The notes: generated by a model from the letters alone, not told the origin. Shown: positions 49,781 to 62,466, counted from the whole stretch's first letter. The stretch is DNA of 63,399 nucleotides, filler included, from Octopus bimaculoides (GCF_001194135.2; 6 parts of 6 records of this genome joined end to end with filler, not necessarily neighbours in it), one strand, 5' to 3'. A program made the numbers and translations.

Positions 49781-50549
49781 AACAACAAACAAGATGAGAA
49801 CAAATATCCGTTAGATGTAAATAATGTACATAATTCCTCATCTCTTAAATATAGAAGTGTACTGCTTTCTTTCTATATTCTGCAATGCTTCAATTACCAA
49901 CTCTCTTTTAAGACGGAATATTTTACTTAATACTTATCCTACCTCTATCTCTTCGTACTATTCCGTAAAGCTCCGTTCCACTCCGTATTACCAGCTCATC
50001 ATGGACAAAATCCTTCTCATTAATAATTTCAACTGCAATCCATATCTTATCTATTTTGGCGCTTCTTTCCATTTTCTTTATTTTAATTTTGCTTTACTTG
50101 TAATATTTCGTCTATAGCCAAAGGTCTTTGAAGAAACTTCGAAAGAGAATAAGGCAAGCAATGTGGTTAAAAAGAAAAAAGAAAAACTTGTTTCCTGGTT
50201 TCTAATACTTCTGGAATTTTCGAGATTTTATCTTTGAAATTATCAAGATCCTTGAATATTCCTGATGTTGAACATCTCTGCATACGAAGATATAAAGAAA
50301 ATTGGTGTGATTCGAATAAATTAGCAACGTTTTCACAATTAGAGAGATTTTATATGCTGGAAATTATGAAAACCTTTCGTGAACTTTCTATCTACAAAAG
50401 AGAACCAGATGAGATTAGCGACGCAGCGTGGCTTCACTTTGATATGCCAGGAAGCAGAAACTGATTTGGAAAACTGTCACAAAACTACATGTGCAAGCAG
50501 CCTCGTAACATATCTTATTTCAGTGCATGTGGTGGTGGTGGTGGTGGTG

Positions 50550-50598
<49 letters not shown>

Positions 50599-50642
50599 NN
50601 NNNNNNNNNNNNNNNNNNNNNNNNNNNNNNNNNNNNNNNNNN

Positions 50643-50654
50643 TTAATTAATTAA
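50643..50654. other. Assembly linker TTAATTAATTAA
   Basis: 44N+12+44N layout. Confidence 0.95.
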
Positions 50655-50698
50655 NNNNNNNNNNNNNNNNNNNNNNNNNNNNNNNNNNNNNNNNNNNN

Positions 50699-50749
<51 letters not shown>

Positions 50750-51472
50750 ATGTGTGTGTGTATATAAAATATATACACACACAGACAGATAGATAGATAG
50801 ACAGAGACATGCACACACACACACATACGAACACATATACTATACACAAACACACACTAACACTGCACAAAGTCTCAGACGAATCGGACAGAATGATGTG
50901 TTTTCTTAACTAATTAATTCCGTGCAACATATAAGGTTTTCCTGATAACTATCGTATCGGTTCTGGTATAGACTTCCATAAATGGTAAAAAGACTTCACG
51001 TCTACGTAATAGACGTAATATAATGACGAATCTTCGTTTTTGATATGTATATATACACACAAATGTGCATGGCGTTCCAAAAACGTGTATTAGCCATTCT
51101 TAATAGATTATAGCTACAGGTCTTTGACCTCGCATACTGACACGCAAGCTTTCTGAAAGACAAAGAAAAGAAATTTTATATGAGATAATTGTACGACTAG
51201 AAATAGCAGCCAGACCATTCCCTGGCTGCAATCTAGTGTATTTGATAGAAAAGTAAAAAATTATAAAAAAAAAGTTTTTTTAAAGAAAAGAAAAGAAAAG
51301 AAAGGAAAAAATACAGAAAAAAAGAAAGAAATGAAATAAAAATTGATAACGTTGTTGATGATAACGCCACGTATGTATGTATGTATGTTCTCTTTCTCTT
51401 GTTATTTTAGAGTAAATTTTGACCGGCCACTTCCTTGGTAGCAAGGTTGTGAAGGAAAGCATCTTGATTTCT

Positions 51473-51800
51473 TCACCATCCTTTAAATCTTAAGAAGATC
51501 TTGCAAATTTTTATAGTCCCGGATATCACGATCACTTGTAGTGTATGAATGAAGGATTTGCGTTCTCGCCCCAAGAACCCAAGTTCAGCCATGCTTTGCT
51601 CCAAACGGATTAACATATATCCTGTGGGCGCAGTTACCTCCCCTGATGGTAGCTGTCTAAATAGCTCGCCACTAGGTGACACAGCATGTAACTCTGGGGT
51701 TCCAGCACTTAGTTCTTTCTCTTTGTCATCGCGACAGCAGTCTGCGAGGACGTGACCTCAATAGCTCTTGCGTAACAAACGCAACAGCTAATAGACATTG
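51473..51800 (-). pseudogene. RLE-type non-LTR retrotransposon C-terminal relic
   Basis: CCVC...(frameshift) GHVLADC resembles a CCHC knuckle. It is followed by ...TAPTGYMLIRLEQSMAELGF...LQVIVISGTIKICKIFLRF*, resembling the terminal LQK..L.GT.KI.K.FL helix of RLE elements. Confidence 0.55.
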
Positions 51801-52261
51801 AGCAGCTATGGCGTAAGATACACAGAAGCTGAACATGAACCTCTTTCACTTGTAAATACTTTTCATGATTTATTCAACTTGTATATATTTGTAACCTGAA
51901 GTAAAAAGCATTTAAAAGCTATAGCTTGGTTATATGAATTCATTGTACAGTGTTCTTTTTTCGAATGACATCTATTCCAGCTTTCTGAACGGAGTCGTTA
52001 TTAGATGGTCTCACCATGTGAGACCACGACCATCTATAATCCTGTTGCTTCAACAATAATAGGTATGAAGCTGAAATTGTAGCTTGGCTACTGGATTTGC
52101 AAACGCCTTATCAATAGTTCCTTAGATGTTTTCTTTCTCTTGCTTTTCCTAACCACATTCGTATCCAGAGGGCAGTTAATTTCCACAACAGAGCATATCC
52201 TTTCCTTGTGATCCCACATAACAATATCTAGTCGGTTGGGTTTTAACTTGGTGGCTGCTTT

Positions 52262-52578
52262 AATTTACTCTTTAATCTTTTGTCTCAATCATTTGACTGC
52301 GGCCATTTTGGAGCATCGCGTTTAGTCGAGCAAATCGTAAGCCTAGTACTTATTCTAACGGTCTCTTTTGCCGAATCGCTAACTTACGGGGACGTAGACA
52401 CACCAACATCGGTTGTCAAACGATGGCTGGGGGTCAAACACAGACACAAACACACACACATATACATTATATATATATATATATATATATACATATATAC
52501 ACGACGGGCTTCTTTCAGTTTCCGTCTACCAAATCCACTCGTAAGGCTTTGGTCGGCCCGAGGCTATAGCAGACGATA
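52262..52578 (-). mobile_element. SINE family A, head truncated
   Basis: Collinear with 33185-33555. Confidence 0.88.
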
Positions 52579-53781
52579 CCTTAATGTCTGTAAAAAGGGG
52601 TACAGCGGACATATTGGATAATGTAATCCTTGATACTTTGTTTAAAAGAAGGCAGGTTGATTTAAACACCAACGCCTTTTATCAGATCTAATAAACCGCA
52701 GCCTAGAAAATGTCCAACGAAGTCCATTCCTTAACATTGACTCAAGAATGATGCTAATGGTATGTTCCTATGATTGAGTGACTAATAAGATGTACGATGT
52801 AGTGAGCAAAATAAATTTTAATTAATTGAAATTATCTTGGACATTTTGATATATCAAGCGAGCGGAAAATACGTTCAAGGATTAACATTAATCTAAGTTA
52901 ATCATTGCAAAAGGACGACAACAGGGAAATTTTAGTTAATTATAATTAGAATTTTGCATGCATTCGAGGAGAGTGAAATAGTAGGAATAATTTTATTACA
53001 GGTTGGATATTTGGGAAGCACAGCGGTAACCCCGAACACTTCATTCTCGAAACATAATCTCTTCCGAAATTCGTCAGATTTAGTGATAGAGTATCATTAA
53101 ATTCTTCTATTAATCATTGATATTAAAGTGGCAAGATTTTCAGTACAAGTATAACTAATGTTTACTGCACTTTTATTAAAGGGTTTATATCATTTGTTGT
53201 AGTTTTAGTTTTAAATCTACAAGATACGTACTGAAATTGGTGTAACAACTTAACAAAACTCATTACCTAGAGACAGTATTTAGACGAAACGCATTTCACG
53301 GCTGTTTTATTTTAACCAACCAGGAACCAGCTGTTTGTCGAGCCAGTTATTTGCTAGATTAAATCTAAAATGTGTTCAATCTTATACTTTTATTAACAGC
53401 GATTGTAAAAACCGTATTATTTCTCCAACTCTTACATAGCCTCGACGTAAGAGAATCAGTTACCTTAAACCACAAGACACTTTAAACTGATTAAGAGATA
53501 ATTTTCTGAGAAAATAATTTCTAGACTTTAAAAACACGTACATATCTATGTTGATTCTTTGTTGCTGCCATGTATCTGCTCGTAAACATCTTGATTTTAC
53601 AATGCTTATGAATGTTTTTTTGTTTTTTTTCCCCGCATGTCTAAAGTTCTTCGAATATGCTAATCACGTTAAACTCACACCGTCGCCTTTACTCACGGGT
53701 TGTTCGTATTCGAGGGTTGGCTATGACATCATGTAACAATTGGAATAAAGGGGTACCATGTTATGCCCACGTTCTCCTCTC

Positions 53782-53873
53782 TCAGAAAACACTTGCTCAT
53801 GGTATCACACAGTAGGACTGAACCTGAAACCGCGTGATTGGAAAGCGAACTTCTTAAACCACACGGCCATGCC
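53782..53873 (-). mobile_element. SINE family A variant, head fragment
   Basis: acacttgctcatggtatcacacagtaggactgaacctgaaacc...cttaaaccacacggccatgcc. Confidence 0.7.
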
Positions 53874-53964
53874 AACAGTAAAAATGTGAGTGGGAAGAAG
53901 CTGGGTGTCACCCATGGTTAAAGTTACGAGAAGAAATGATTGAATTGATTGTTTTGTACGTGCA

Positions 53965-54291
53965 TGTGGCGGGTGGGAAGTCCAGGAAGTTTGAGATACA
54001 GCAGGGAAGAGAAGAGGAGAAACAGATATGTCAGATCAGCTGAAGCGAGGATGGAATATAACTCGCCTGTACGGAAGAGGATCGAAGATCTATGGAGTAA
54101 TAGTTGTAGAAGAAGACAGATTGAAGGAAAAGCACAGCTGTGATCCAGTGGAAATGAAGCTCGTTAGCAGATGAATCTTTGCCAATTAATCGAATGGTGG
54201 CGAGATTTAACAAGACCACATCTCTTACTTCTACACAGATCCACTCCAAATCTGTAATGTTTATTTTGTACAAGATTTTCGATGAACTCAT
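53965..54291 (-). pseudogene. Decayed LINE RT C-terminal fragment (CR1/L2/Jockey-group-like)
   Basis: LATIRLIGKDSSANEL...SVFFYNYYSIDLRSS resembles AIRLIGD.SL...L..L..RR.VASLSLFYRYY.G.CSSEL. Confidence 0.5.
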
Positions 54292-54799
54292 CTGATCAAG
54301 CCGAAGTTATTTCCCTTGTTTATTGGTTTTTAGATTCTAAAACATTCCCCAGGAGGGAGTTTCGCCGACTAATTACGTGGATAAAACCTTGGTTGATAAG
54401 TATTTTTCAGTTATTTTGCAGTTATCGTGGGGGAAAATTCTTTCTCATGGTAAAGGATAAAAAAAAAACCCTCTATCGGATTCTCAGACGGCTGTTTCTG
54501 ATTCTTTAGCCTTCCTCAATGGGAAATACCAAAGAGAGATAACCCTGGGCAGATTCAAAGTCGTAGCTTTAACTAAAAACTGTCAACCTCAATGACTGAA
54601 TTGCGTTAGAGGATCGCCTGGTCGGAATAAAAACAGTAGTGTAAGCTCCAAGCAGTTTTTGTTTTCTTTCTGTAAATGTAGCTTATTCAACCAGAGAACA
54701 AGCAGAAATGTAAAACTTGAAGGCCCAGTCAACTTGGACTTTATTCATTTATTCATTTATTTGGAACGGTGAAACCCGAAGCAGGTAAAGATATAAATT

Positions 54800-54985
54800 C
54801 ACATGATCACGTGACCGACAAGACTATCGGATGTTGTTATACATCGTTGGTCACAATGCGCTTTTGCATCGTTTTAGCTTTCGATTGTTGCCACTCCGTT
54901 GGCTGGGTGAGCGAGCGGGCTACAGCAACGTGAAATAAAGTGTCTTGCCCAAGAACACAACGCGAAGCCAAACCGGGAAGATCGA
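54800..54985 (-). mobile_element. SINE fragment sharing the central block of family D but with a different 3' part
   Basis: agcaacgtgaaataaagtgtcttgcccaagaacacaac is shared with 42066-42103. Confidence 0.6.
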
Positions 54986-55960
54986 AGAATGCCTGTGAGA
55001 CTTGAACCAACATTTTCTGTAACCATGACAGACGTTCTACCATTGCACCATTGGACAGAGAAATCAGAAGGAATGCTTCGGTCCAACGGTGGAACGTATT
55101 TTTAAACCAAAATTTACACGGATATTTATAGTTTTATCCGCTTCGAGCTTCATAGTTCCAAAAATGGATATTTCAGGTTTTCTCGAATTCTTGTGGCATC
55201 ACCCCCACCCCCCCAATATATATAATCACGATGTAAGTCCACACCTTTGATGCCGGTCTGAGGAAGTGCCACGTTAATGTTTAAAACCGTAAATATTTGG
55301 TCAATTTTCACTTTGCACTTATGCATGAACTGGTGCTGAAAACAGAGTTGGCGCAGAAACAATTGTAACTGATCATTAAAGATGTATTTAAAGTTTTTCT
55401 TTGTCTCCTTATTCGGGCTACATATATGTGCGTGATGTATTATATTCATGCATGTATGCACATAGTTATAGACACATAAACAACTTCATTTCACCGATTC
55501 AATTATTATTATTAATTTTTTTTTTTTTTTTTACTTTTTCACTAATTATTTTCAAGTCTGTACAGTAAAAAATATATTCAATGGATGGAGAGAAGAGAGA
55601 TAGAGAAAGATAAAGAGAGGAAGGTGGAGAAAAGAACAAGACATACACAGTAGGAGAGAGAGAGAGAGAGAGATATGGGGGGGGGGAGCAAGAGGAGAAA
55701 GAGAGAGAGAGAGAGAGAGAGTACCTGATTTCAAAGGCAACAACAACAAAAAATATAAAGAATTATATATTAAAAAAAATGAGACAGAGTAAAAACAAAC
55801 ATAACAATAACAATGATGAAGGTGATGTTGATAATAATACAATTAATGAAAATAATAATAATTATAATTATAATAATGATAATACTTATGAGGACGTCTA
55901 GCTGATGCACATGGCTACGATTTCGTGACGGGGGGGAAGGTTGTACTAAAGTGGTTAATA

Positions 55961-56180
55961 ATGATCTTTTATACTGAAGGCACGAGGCCTGAAATTTGTG
56001 GGGAGGGGCTAAGTCGATTACATCGACCTCCAGTACTTGACTGGTACTTACTTTATCGACCTTGAAAAGATGAAAGGCTAAGTCGACCTCGGCGGAATTT
56101 GAACTCAGAACGTAAAGACGGACGAAATCTAGCTAAGTATTTCACCCGGCGTGCTAACAATTCTGCCAGCTCACCGCCTT
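55961..56180 (-). mobile_element. SINE family B (array copy a)
   Basis: Full body with type-2 tail. Confidence 0.9.
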
Positions 56181-56198
56181 AATAATAATAATAATAAT

Positions 56199-56384
56199 CC
56201 TTTCTGCTATAAGCACAAGGCCTGAAATTGTGGGAGGAGGGATAGTCGATTACCTTGACTCCAATACGCAACTGGTACTTAATTTGTCGACCTCGGCGGA
56301 ATTTGAACTCAGAACGTAACGGCAGACGAAATACCGCTAAGCATTTCGCCCGGCGTGCTAACGTTTCTGCCAGCTCACCGCCTT
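56199..56384 (-). mobile_element. SINE family B (array copy b, 27-bp deletion)
   Basis: Joined to copy a only by (AAT)n. Confidence 0.9.
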
Positions 56385-56415
56385 AATAATAATAATTAAT
56401 TCGTTTGATAATAAT

Positions 56416-56770
56416 GTTTTCTACTATCGTACAAGGCCAGAAAATTTTTAATTTTTGGGCAGAGGGTGGGGTGCCAAGAGGCTAGTCGATTACATNNNNN
56501 NNNNNNNNNNNNNNNNNNNNNNNNNNNNNNNNNNNNNNNNNNNNNNNNNNNNNNNNNNNNNNNNNNNNNNNNNNNNNNNNNNNNNNNNNNNNNNNNNNNN
56601 NNNNNNNNNNNNNNNNNNNNNNNNNNNNNNNNNCACTGGTACTTAATTTATCAACCCCGAAAAGAGGAAACGCAAAGTTGGTTTCTGCGGCATTTGAACT
56701 CAACGTAAAAGCCGGAAGGAATGACGCCATTTTGTCTGGCGTGTTAACGATTGTCCCAGCTCGCCGCCTT
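56416..56770 (-). mobile_element. SINE family B (array copy c, spans a gap)
   Basis: Tail before the gap, body after it; continuity across the Ns is unverified. Confidence 0.8.
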
Positions 56771-56825
56771 AATAACAAATAACTTATGTATAATGTAGTT
56801 GTTGTTGTTGTTGTTGTTGTTATAC

Positions 56826-57023
56826 AAGGCGGCGAGCTGGCACAATCGTTAACACGCCGGACAAAGTGCTTAGCGGTATTTAGTCTATCTTTACGGTTTT
56901 TGCATTCTGAGTTCAAATCCCGCCGAGGATCAATAAAATAAGTGCCAGTTTGAGTACTGGGGTCGACGTATTCGATTCATTCCCCTACTCCGCAATTGCT
57001 GGCCTTGTACCAAAATTTGAAAC
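56826..57023 (+). mobile_element. SINE family B (copy d), head-to-head with copy c
   Basis: aaggcggcgagctggcacaatcgttaacacgccggacaaa...ggccttgtaccaaaatttgaaac. Confidence 0.88.
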
Positions 57024-57044
57024 TATTATTATTATTAGTAGTAG

Positions 57045-57170
57045 TAGTCCTAATCTCGGCACAAGGCCAGGTGTAGCTGGGAGGAAAAACAAACGATTAT
57101 ATCGACCCTGGTACTTTACTCGTCTCTCTAATAGGATTGAGAGTAAAGTCCACCTACGCAGGATGTGAAC
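57045..57170 (-). mobile_element. SINE family B (copy e, heavily diverged)
   Basis: ggcacaaggcc...cgattatatcgaccc...ggtacttt...aaagtccacctacgcaggatgtgaac. Confidence 0.55.
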
Positions 57171-57471
57171 ACAAGAAAGGGAAATGGACGTAACTCTATG
57201 ATCCAAGACATTCTGCATGTTGTTCTAACGAGTCTGTTACCAGTCACTTTACCTAAAGTGTCCGTCAGTTTAACAATTCTTCTTGCCAGTCTTACCAATT
57301 TTCTATCAAGCTCTCTTTTTACCGATTGTCAGTCGCTCTACCGATTCTGCAGTCAATTGGTCCACCAATTTTCTCGGTCCTTCTACTATTCTGTCAGTCG
57401 ATCTACCTATTATCTAAGTCCCTTTATCGATTCTCTCAACCCCACTAACAACTCTGCTGATCAATAATGAT

Positions 57472-57611
57472 AATGGTTTCAAAGTTTTCTACAAGGGCAG
57501 CCATTTTGGCGGGAGGGGATAAGTCGAATTTGAACGTAGAATGTAAAAACGGATGAAATGCTGTTAAGCATTTTGCCCAGCGTGCTAACGATTCCGCCAG
57601 CTGACCACCTT
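57472..57611 (-). mobile_element. SINE family B (copy f, internally deleted)
   Basis: gataagtcga|atttgaacgtag...gctaacgattccgccagctgaccacctt. Confidence 0.8.
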
Positions 57612-57624
57612 AATAATAATATCA

Positions 57625-57833
57625 TCCCTTTTACTCAAGGCACAAGGCCTGAAATTTGTGAAGGAGGCAAGTCGATTACATCGACCCCAGTATGCAACTG
57701 GTACTTAATTTATCGACCCCGAAAGGCTGAAAGGCAAAGTCGACCTCGGCGGAATTTGAACTCAGAACGTAGCAACGGATGAAATACCGTTAAGCATTTT
57801 GTTCGGCGCGTTAACGATTCTACCAGCTCGCCA
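57625..57833 (-). mobile_element. SINE family B (copy g)
   Basis: Full body with type-2 tail. Confidence 0.9.
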
Positions 57834-57849
57834 TCTAAATGAAAATAAT

Positions 57850-57977
57850 ACTTTTTACATTAGGAACAAGGCCTGAAATTTTGGAGGAGGGGGCAGGCTA
57901 GTCGATTACATTGAGCCGCAGTGCTCAACTGGTACTTATTTCACCCACCCCGAAAGGATGACAGGTAAAGTCGACCT
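57850..57977 (-). mobile_element. SINE family B (copy h, 5'-truncated)
   Basis: Tail and central block up to aaagtcgacc. Confidence 0.85.
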
Positions 57978-58323
57978 AGAATTTAAATTAATGATCTCTA
58001 ATTTATGTAGAGTGCCGGCAAATTTTGACGAGAACAGGATTTCTTAGATGAGAGGGATGAATATTACGTTTTAAACAAGCAGTATAGTATTTCATGATTG
58101 AAATGGTTTCCAGTTTTCATACTGATTATTTTGATTAATGCTGGGAAGTTTTTGAAGGACGAAGCAAAGTCATTCCCTGGCGAGACTCAGAGATAATGCA
58201 AAGAGGACACTGAAACGGTGAGCTTCTGAGGCTCTGAATTGCTTCTCAGCAGACGTTTTCCACCACTGAAATGTTTAATNNNNNNNNNNNNNNNNNNNNN
58301 NNNNNNNNNNNNNNNNNNNNNNN

Positions 58324-58335
58324 TTAATTAATTAA
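58324..58335. other. Assembly linker TTAATTAATTAA
   Basis: 44N+12+44N layout. Confidence 0.95.
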
Positions 58336-59116
58336 NNNNNNNNNNNNNNNNNNNNNNNNNNNNNNNNNNNNNNNNNNNNACTTTATTTTATTTTTATTTT
58401 TGTATGAATATCTGTATTATTTTTTCTTCTTAGTATTTTATATTCCTATTTTATTTTATATTATTATTTCATTTTTGTTATGTTTTTTTATTGTATTGTT
58501 TTTAACCACCAACTTAACACTACACACTGAATTGTGGCAAGGTATGGACGGATTCCGGAGTACCGAGAAAATTATGTATAAATATATCAAATTAAGAATT
58601 CTACAAGGTATGGTACAATGCAAAATACCAAACGGAACCTCACCTCTTATATCTCATCTTTCTTCCTCCTTTAACGCCTATGTGATATAATTCTTGGGAG
58701 AGAATACATACATTTGCGGCTGAAGATAGCTTTATATTGTCAATTATACACTGATGTAACAACTATAAAACTATAAAGCTTGAAACACATGTACCGCAGA
58801 ATCCTTCATGTTTTTGTTTTTATTTTTGCATTTACAATTTATTTATATACATATATATATATATATATATAGGTGTGTGTGTGTCTTCATGTATGTATTC
58901 AAATAGCAAATCTTTCTTTGAAGAGGGGAAGCAGATTTACTGTAGTATTTTGATGCATCCAGTCGCATACCCATGTCATTTTGCTTATAGCACCTGTAAA
59001 TTATGATTATTGCACAACCCTTGGCTTCCTGAAACAGCTGTCAAGTTAAGCCATTACATAATTTCTTTAGATTTTATTCTGTATTTATTGTGTTCCATGT
59101 AAATATATATACATAC

Positions 59117-59152
<36 letters not shown>

Positions 59153-59274
59153 ATGTGTGTGTGTATGTCAAACCTAACTGCATTTATCTGTATGTATGTA
59201 TATATGTCTGTATGTGTGTTTATGTTTGTGTCCCCTTGTCTTAACATTATCCCATCCACCCCACATAGATACAT

Positions 59275-59671
59275 TGTTGTTGTTGTTGTTGTTGGCACTC
59301 CGTTGCTTACGACGTCGAGGGTTCCAGTTGATCCGATCAACGGAACAGCCTGCTCGTGAAATTAATGTGCAAGTGGCTGAGCACTCCACAGACACGTGTA
59401 CCCTTAACGTAGTTCTCGGGGATATTCAGCGTGACACAATGTGACAAGGCTGGCCCTTTGAATTACAGACACAACAGAAACAGGAAGTAAGAGTGAGAGA
59501 AAGTTGTGGTGAAAGAGTACAGCAGGGTTCGCCAACATCCTCTGCCGGAGCCTCGTGGAGCTTTAGGCGTTTTCGCTCAATAAACACTCACAACACCTGG
59601 TCTGAGAATCGAAACCACAATCCTATGACCGCGAGTCCACTGCCCTAACCACTGGGCCATTGCGTCTCCAC
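59275..59671 (-). mobile_element. SINE family C, full length
   Basis: Reverse complement is collinear with 16401-16787; (CAA)n tail. Confidence 0.92.
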
Positions 59672-60264
59672 ACATACACTGTTACACTGTGGAGAATTTA
59701 CACACATGTGTGCACGCGCGCATGTGCATGTGATTGAGTCTATTATTCTCTTTTCGCTTCAGTAAATGTAAAAGAACTTCCCCAGCCCCAACAGATACGT
59801 TATCTGGTTTCAAGTAAACAAAATGTGACCCATTTAGTCCATTCACAAACTATTTGCTTTGTATACTTTACCCTTTGTCCACATATTTCTGTACAATCAT
59901 CATCACCATCATCAACAACATTAATGTCAGCAACATCATCACGTTATTGTTTTGTCTGCTTTCCAGTGCGGTTCAGAGGAGAATTATACTGAGCCATTAA
60001 GATTTTAACACAATAAATATCAGACATCATAAACATCACATTGAATCAGGAATACAAAAACCAGCTCTGTGGTGAGACACAACCTTTGTGAAACTAGTCC
60101 AGTTAATAAGTCACGGACCATGTTTTAGTACAATCCAATGAATCCTGTTAGTAATTATGCTACGTCACTAATTAATTATTATACATTGTTTTAAACTCTT
60201 GTATTCATCTCCACAATATCATTTGTCAATGCTAACAAGATGGAATATTTTACTAATGTTTGAA

Positions 60265-60908
60265 GGAATGGTAGAGGAACAGCACTGCTAGAAGAGCCGG
60301 TAGACATTTAGGAATGGTAGAGTTGAAAGAATGGTGTGTGTGTTGGCACTCAGTCGCTTACGACGTCAATGGTTCCAGTTGATCCATTCAGCGGAACAGC
60401 CTGCTCGTGAAATTAACGTGCAAGTGGCTGAGCACTCCACAGACACATGTACCTTTAACGTAGTTCTTGGGGGATATTCAGCATGACACAGTGTGACAAG
60501 GCTGACCCTTTGAATTACAGGCACAACTGAAACAGGAAGTAGGAGTGAGAGAAAGTTGTGGTGGAAGAGTACAGCAGGGTTCACCACCATCCCCTGCCGG
60601 AGCCTCGTGGAGCTTTTAGGTGTTTTCGCTGAATAAACACTCACAACGCCCGGTCTGGGAATCGAAACCGCGATCCTATGACCGCGAGTCCGCTGCCCTA
60701 ACGACTGGGCTATTGCGCCTCCATGAAAGAATGGTACAGGCACAGAAATGGTAGAAAAGTTGGAATGGTTGAATAGCAAGAATGGTCGAAGTGCAGGAAT
60801 GGTAGGTGAGCAGAAATGGTAGAAAATTTGAATTGGTAGAGACCCAGGAATGGCAGAAACACAGGAGTGTTAGAGTCACAGGAATGGTAGAAGCATAGGA
60901 ATGGTTGA
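60265..60908. repeat. Degenerate ~18-19-bp minisatellite with core (g/a)gaatggtag, split by a SINE C
   Basis: Core recurs at 60265-60335 and about nine more times at 60724-60908. Confidence 0.75.
60336..60723 (-). mobile_element. SINE family C, full length with 12-bp TSD
   Basis: TSD tgaaagaatggt at 60324-60335 and 60724-60735. Confidence 0.93.
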
Positions 60909-61352
60909 GGAGCAAGCATAGCTGTGGTCATGTCCCAACCATGGGATTTCAGTTCCAAATCAAACCCAGGGCTTCTTTTTAACTCCAGTATTTCTTCTAT
61001 CAATATCTTTTGCCAAACAAGTAAAAGACTTAAAAAATTTTTTTAAAAAGCAGATAAAAGGTAAATGAATTTAAACAAAATAAATTCTTACCCCACAACA
61101 TCGCCATATTTATTCATCCATTCTGCATCAATCGCAAATTTTCCCTGAAAAAAAAAAAAAAAAATGTAATTTATATATGTGTGTGTGTGTATATATACTG
61201 TACGTGAGTGTATTTGTTGTATGTACAGAGTGAGCCAAAATTCACTCACCAAAACATATGACATTTTATTATAAAATTACATTATTATTATTACTATTAT
61301 TATTATTATTATTATTATTATTATCATTATTATTATCATTATTATTATTATT

Positions 61353-61445
61353 AAGATGGCAAGCTGGCAGAATCGTTAGCATGCTGGACGAAATAATTAG
61401 CAGTATTTCATCTGTCTTCACGTTCAAATTTCGCTGAGGTCAGTA
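61353..61445 (+). mobile_element. SINE family B head, directly after (ATT)n
   Basis: aagatggcaagctggcagaatcgttagcatgctggacgaaat...ttcaaatttcgctgaggtc. Confidence 0.75.
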
Positions 61446-61536
61446 GCCATTCTTCTATCCCTAGTTTCCTCATTGACCACCAGATAAGGGATNNNNNNNN
61501 NNNNNNNNNNNNNNNNNNNNNNNNNNNNNNNNNNNN

Positions 61537-61548
61537 TTAATTAATTAA
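61537..61548. other. Assembly linker TTAATTAATTAA
   Basis: 44N+12+44N layout. Confidence 0.95.
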
Positions 61549-61592
61549 NNNNNNNNNNNNNNNNNNNNNNNNNNNNNNNNNNNNNNNNNNNN

Positions 61593-61996
61593 CCCAATGG
61601 TTTCCTTTCGTGGCTGAATTAATAGCTAAGACTATTTAAGCATTTTATCTGATCAAATTCATCCTATGGTTGCAAAACTGTTTTCGGAGGGAAACGCACT
61701 CTTTCAGGTTGATAATGCACCAATTCACACAGTTGAACATCTTATCAGTTGAACATCTTATCAGTTGAACATCTTATCAGTTGAACATCTTATCTGGCCA
61801 CCACAGTCCCCAGATCTCAATATTATTGGAGACTGTTTTAGCTGAAAAGTGGACAAAGATTCCGTGCAAACAGTTCAACTTTTGTACAAGTCCATAGCTC
61901 GTAGAATCCAAGCTGTAATTACTGTTACTCCTACTCTATTTTAAAATAAATATATACGAAATTTTAAGGTGTTTCCATTATTTTGTCCAACCTCTG
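61593..61996 (+). mobile_element. Tc1-like transposon 3' part with right TIR
   Basis: SKDYLSILSDQIHPMVAKLFSEGNALFQVDNAPIHT..VEHLIWPPQSPDLNII; ends ggtgtttccattattttgtccaacctctg followed by TA. Confidence 0.9.
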
Positions 61997-62466
61997 TATA
62001 CACATACTGTGTATTATAAACACATATATCTTCTTATATGTAAATACGCATACAAGAGTATACATTCTTCTGTTATTACACGTATTTAGGTACATAGATA
62101 TATGCGGCCATATACACAGGTAACTACATATTTATGTGTTAAGCATGTTCAGATGTAAACACATCTGGGTGCATGTGTACATATATGCTTATGTGTATGT
62201 ATGCATGTAGGTAGGTAGGTAGGTAGGTAGGTAGGTAGGTAGGAAGGTATTCATGTATGTACATATCTGTGTATGTATGCAGCATGGAATTTTGTCAGTG
62301 AACAGGTCGCGGTCCCAAAGCGACGAAAATATTTTGGCAAATTAAATTTAAATCTTAAAGTGAATCTAGCGGTTTTTGTGTGTTTCTTAAATGGCCTATA
62401 AACACATTCCACGCTGCAATTGTTTTTGTTCCAGCACACAATCTCAGATCAGGTCANNNNNNNNNN

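Noticed and set aside
4774-57977. Minus-strand excess of SINE B copies (about 13 vs 5) as a sign of lying within a host intron
   Set aside because: The excess comes mostly from the two tandem trimers, which are not independent events; the other families show no consistent bias.
61731-61794. Short direct repeats as a CRISPR array (also 8178-8244)
   Set aside because: No spacers between units, no cas genes, eukaryotic context.
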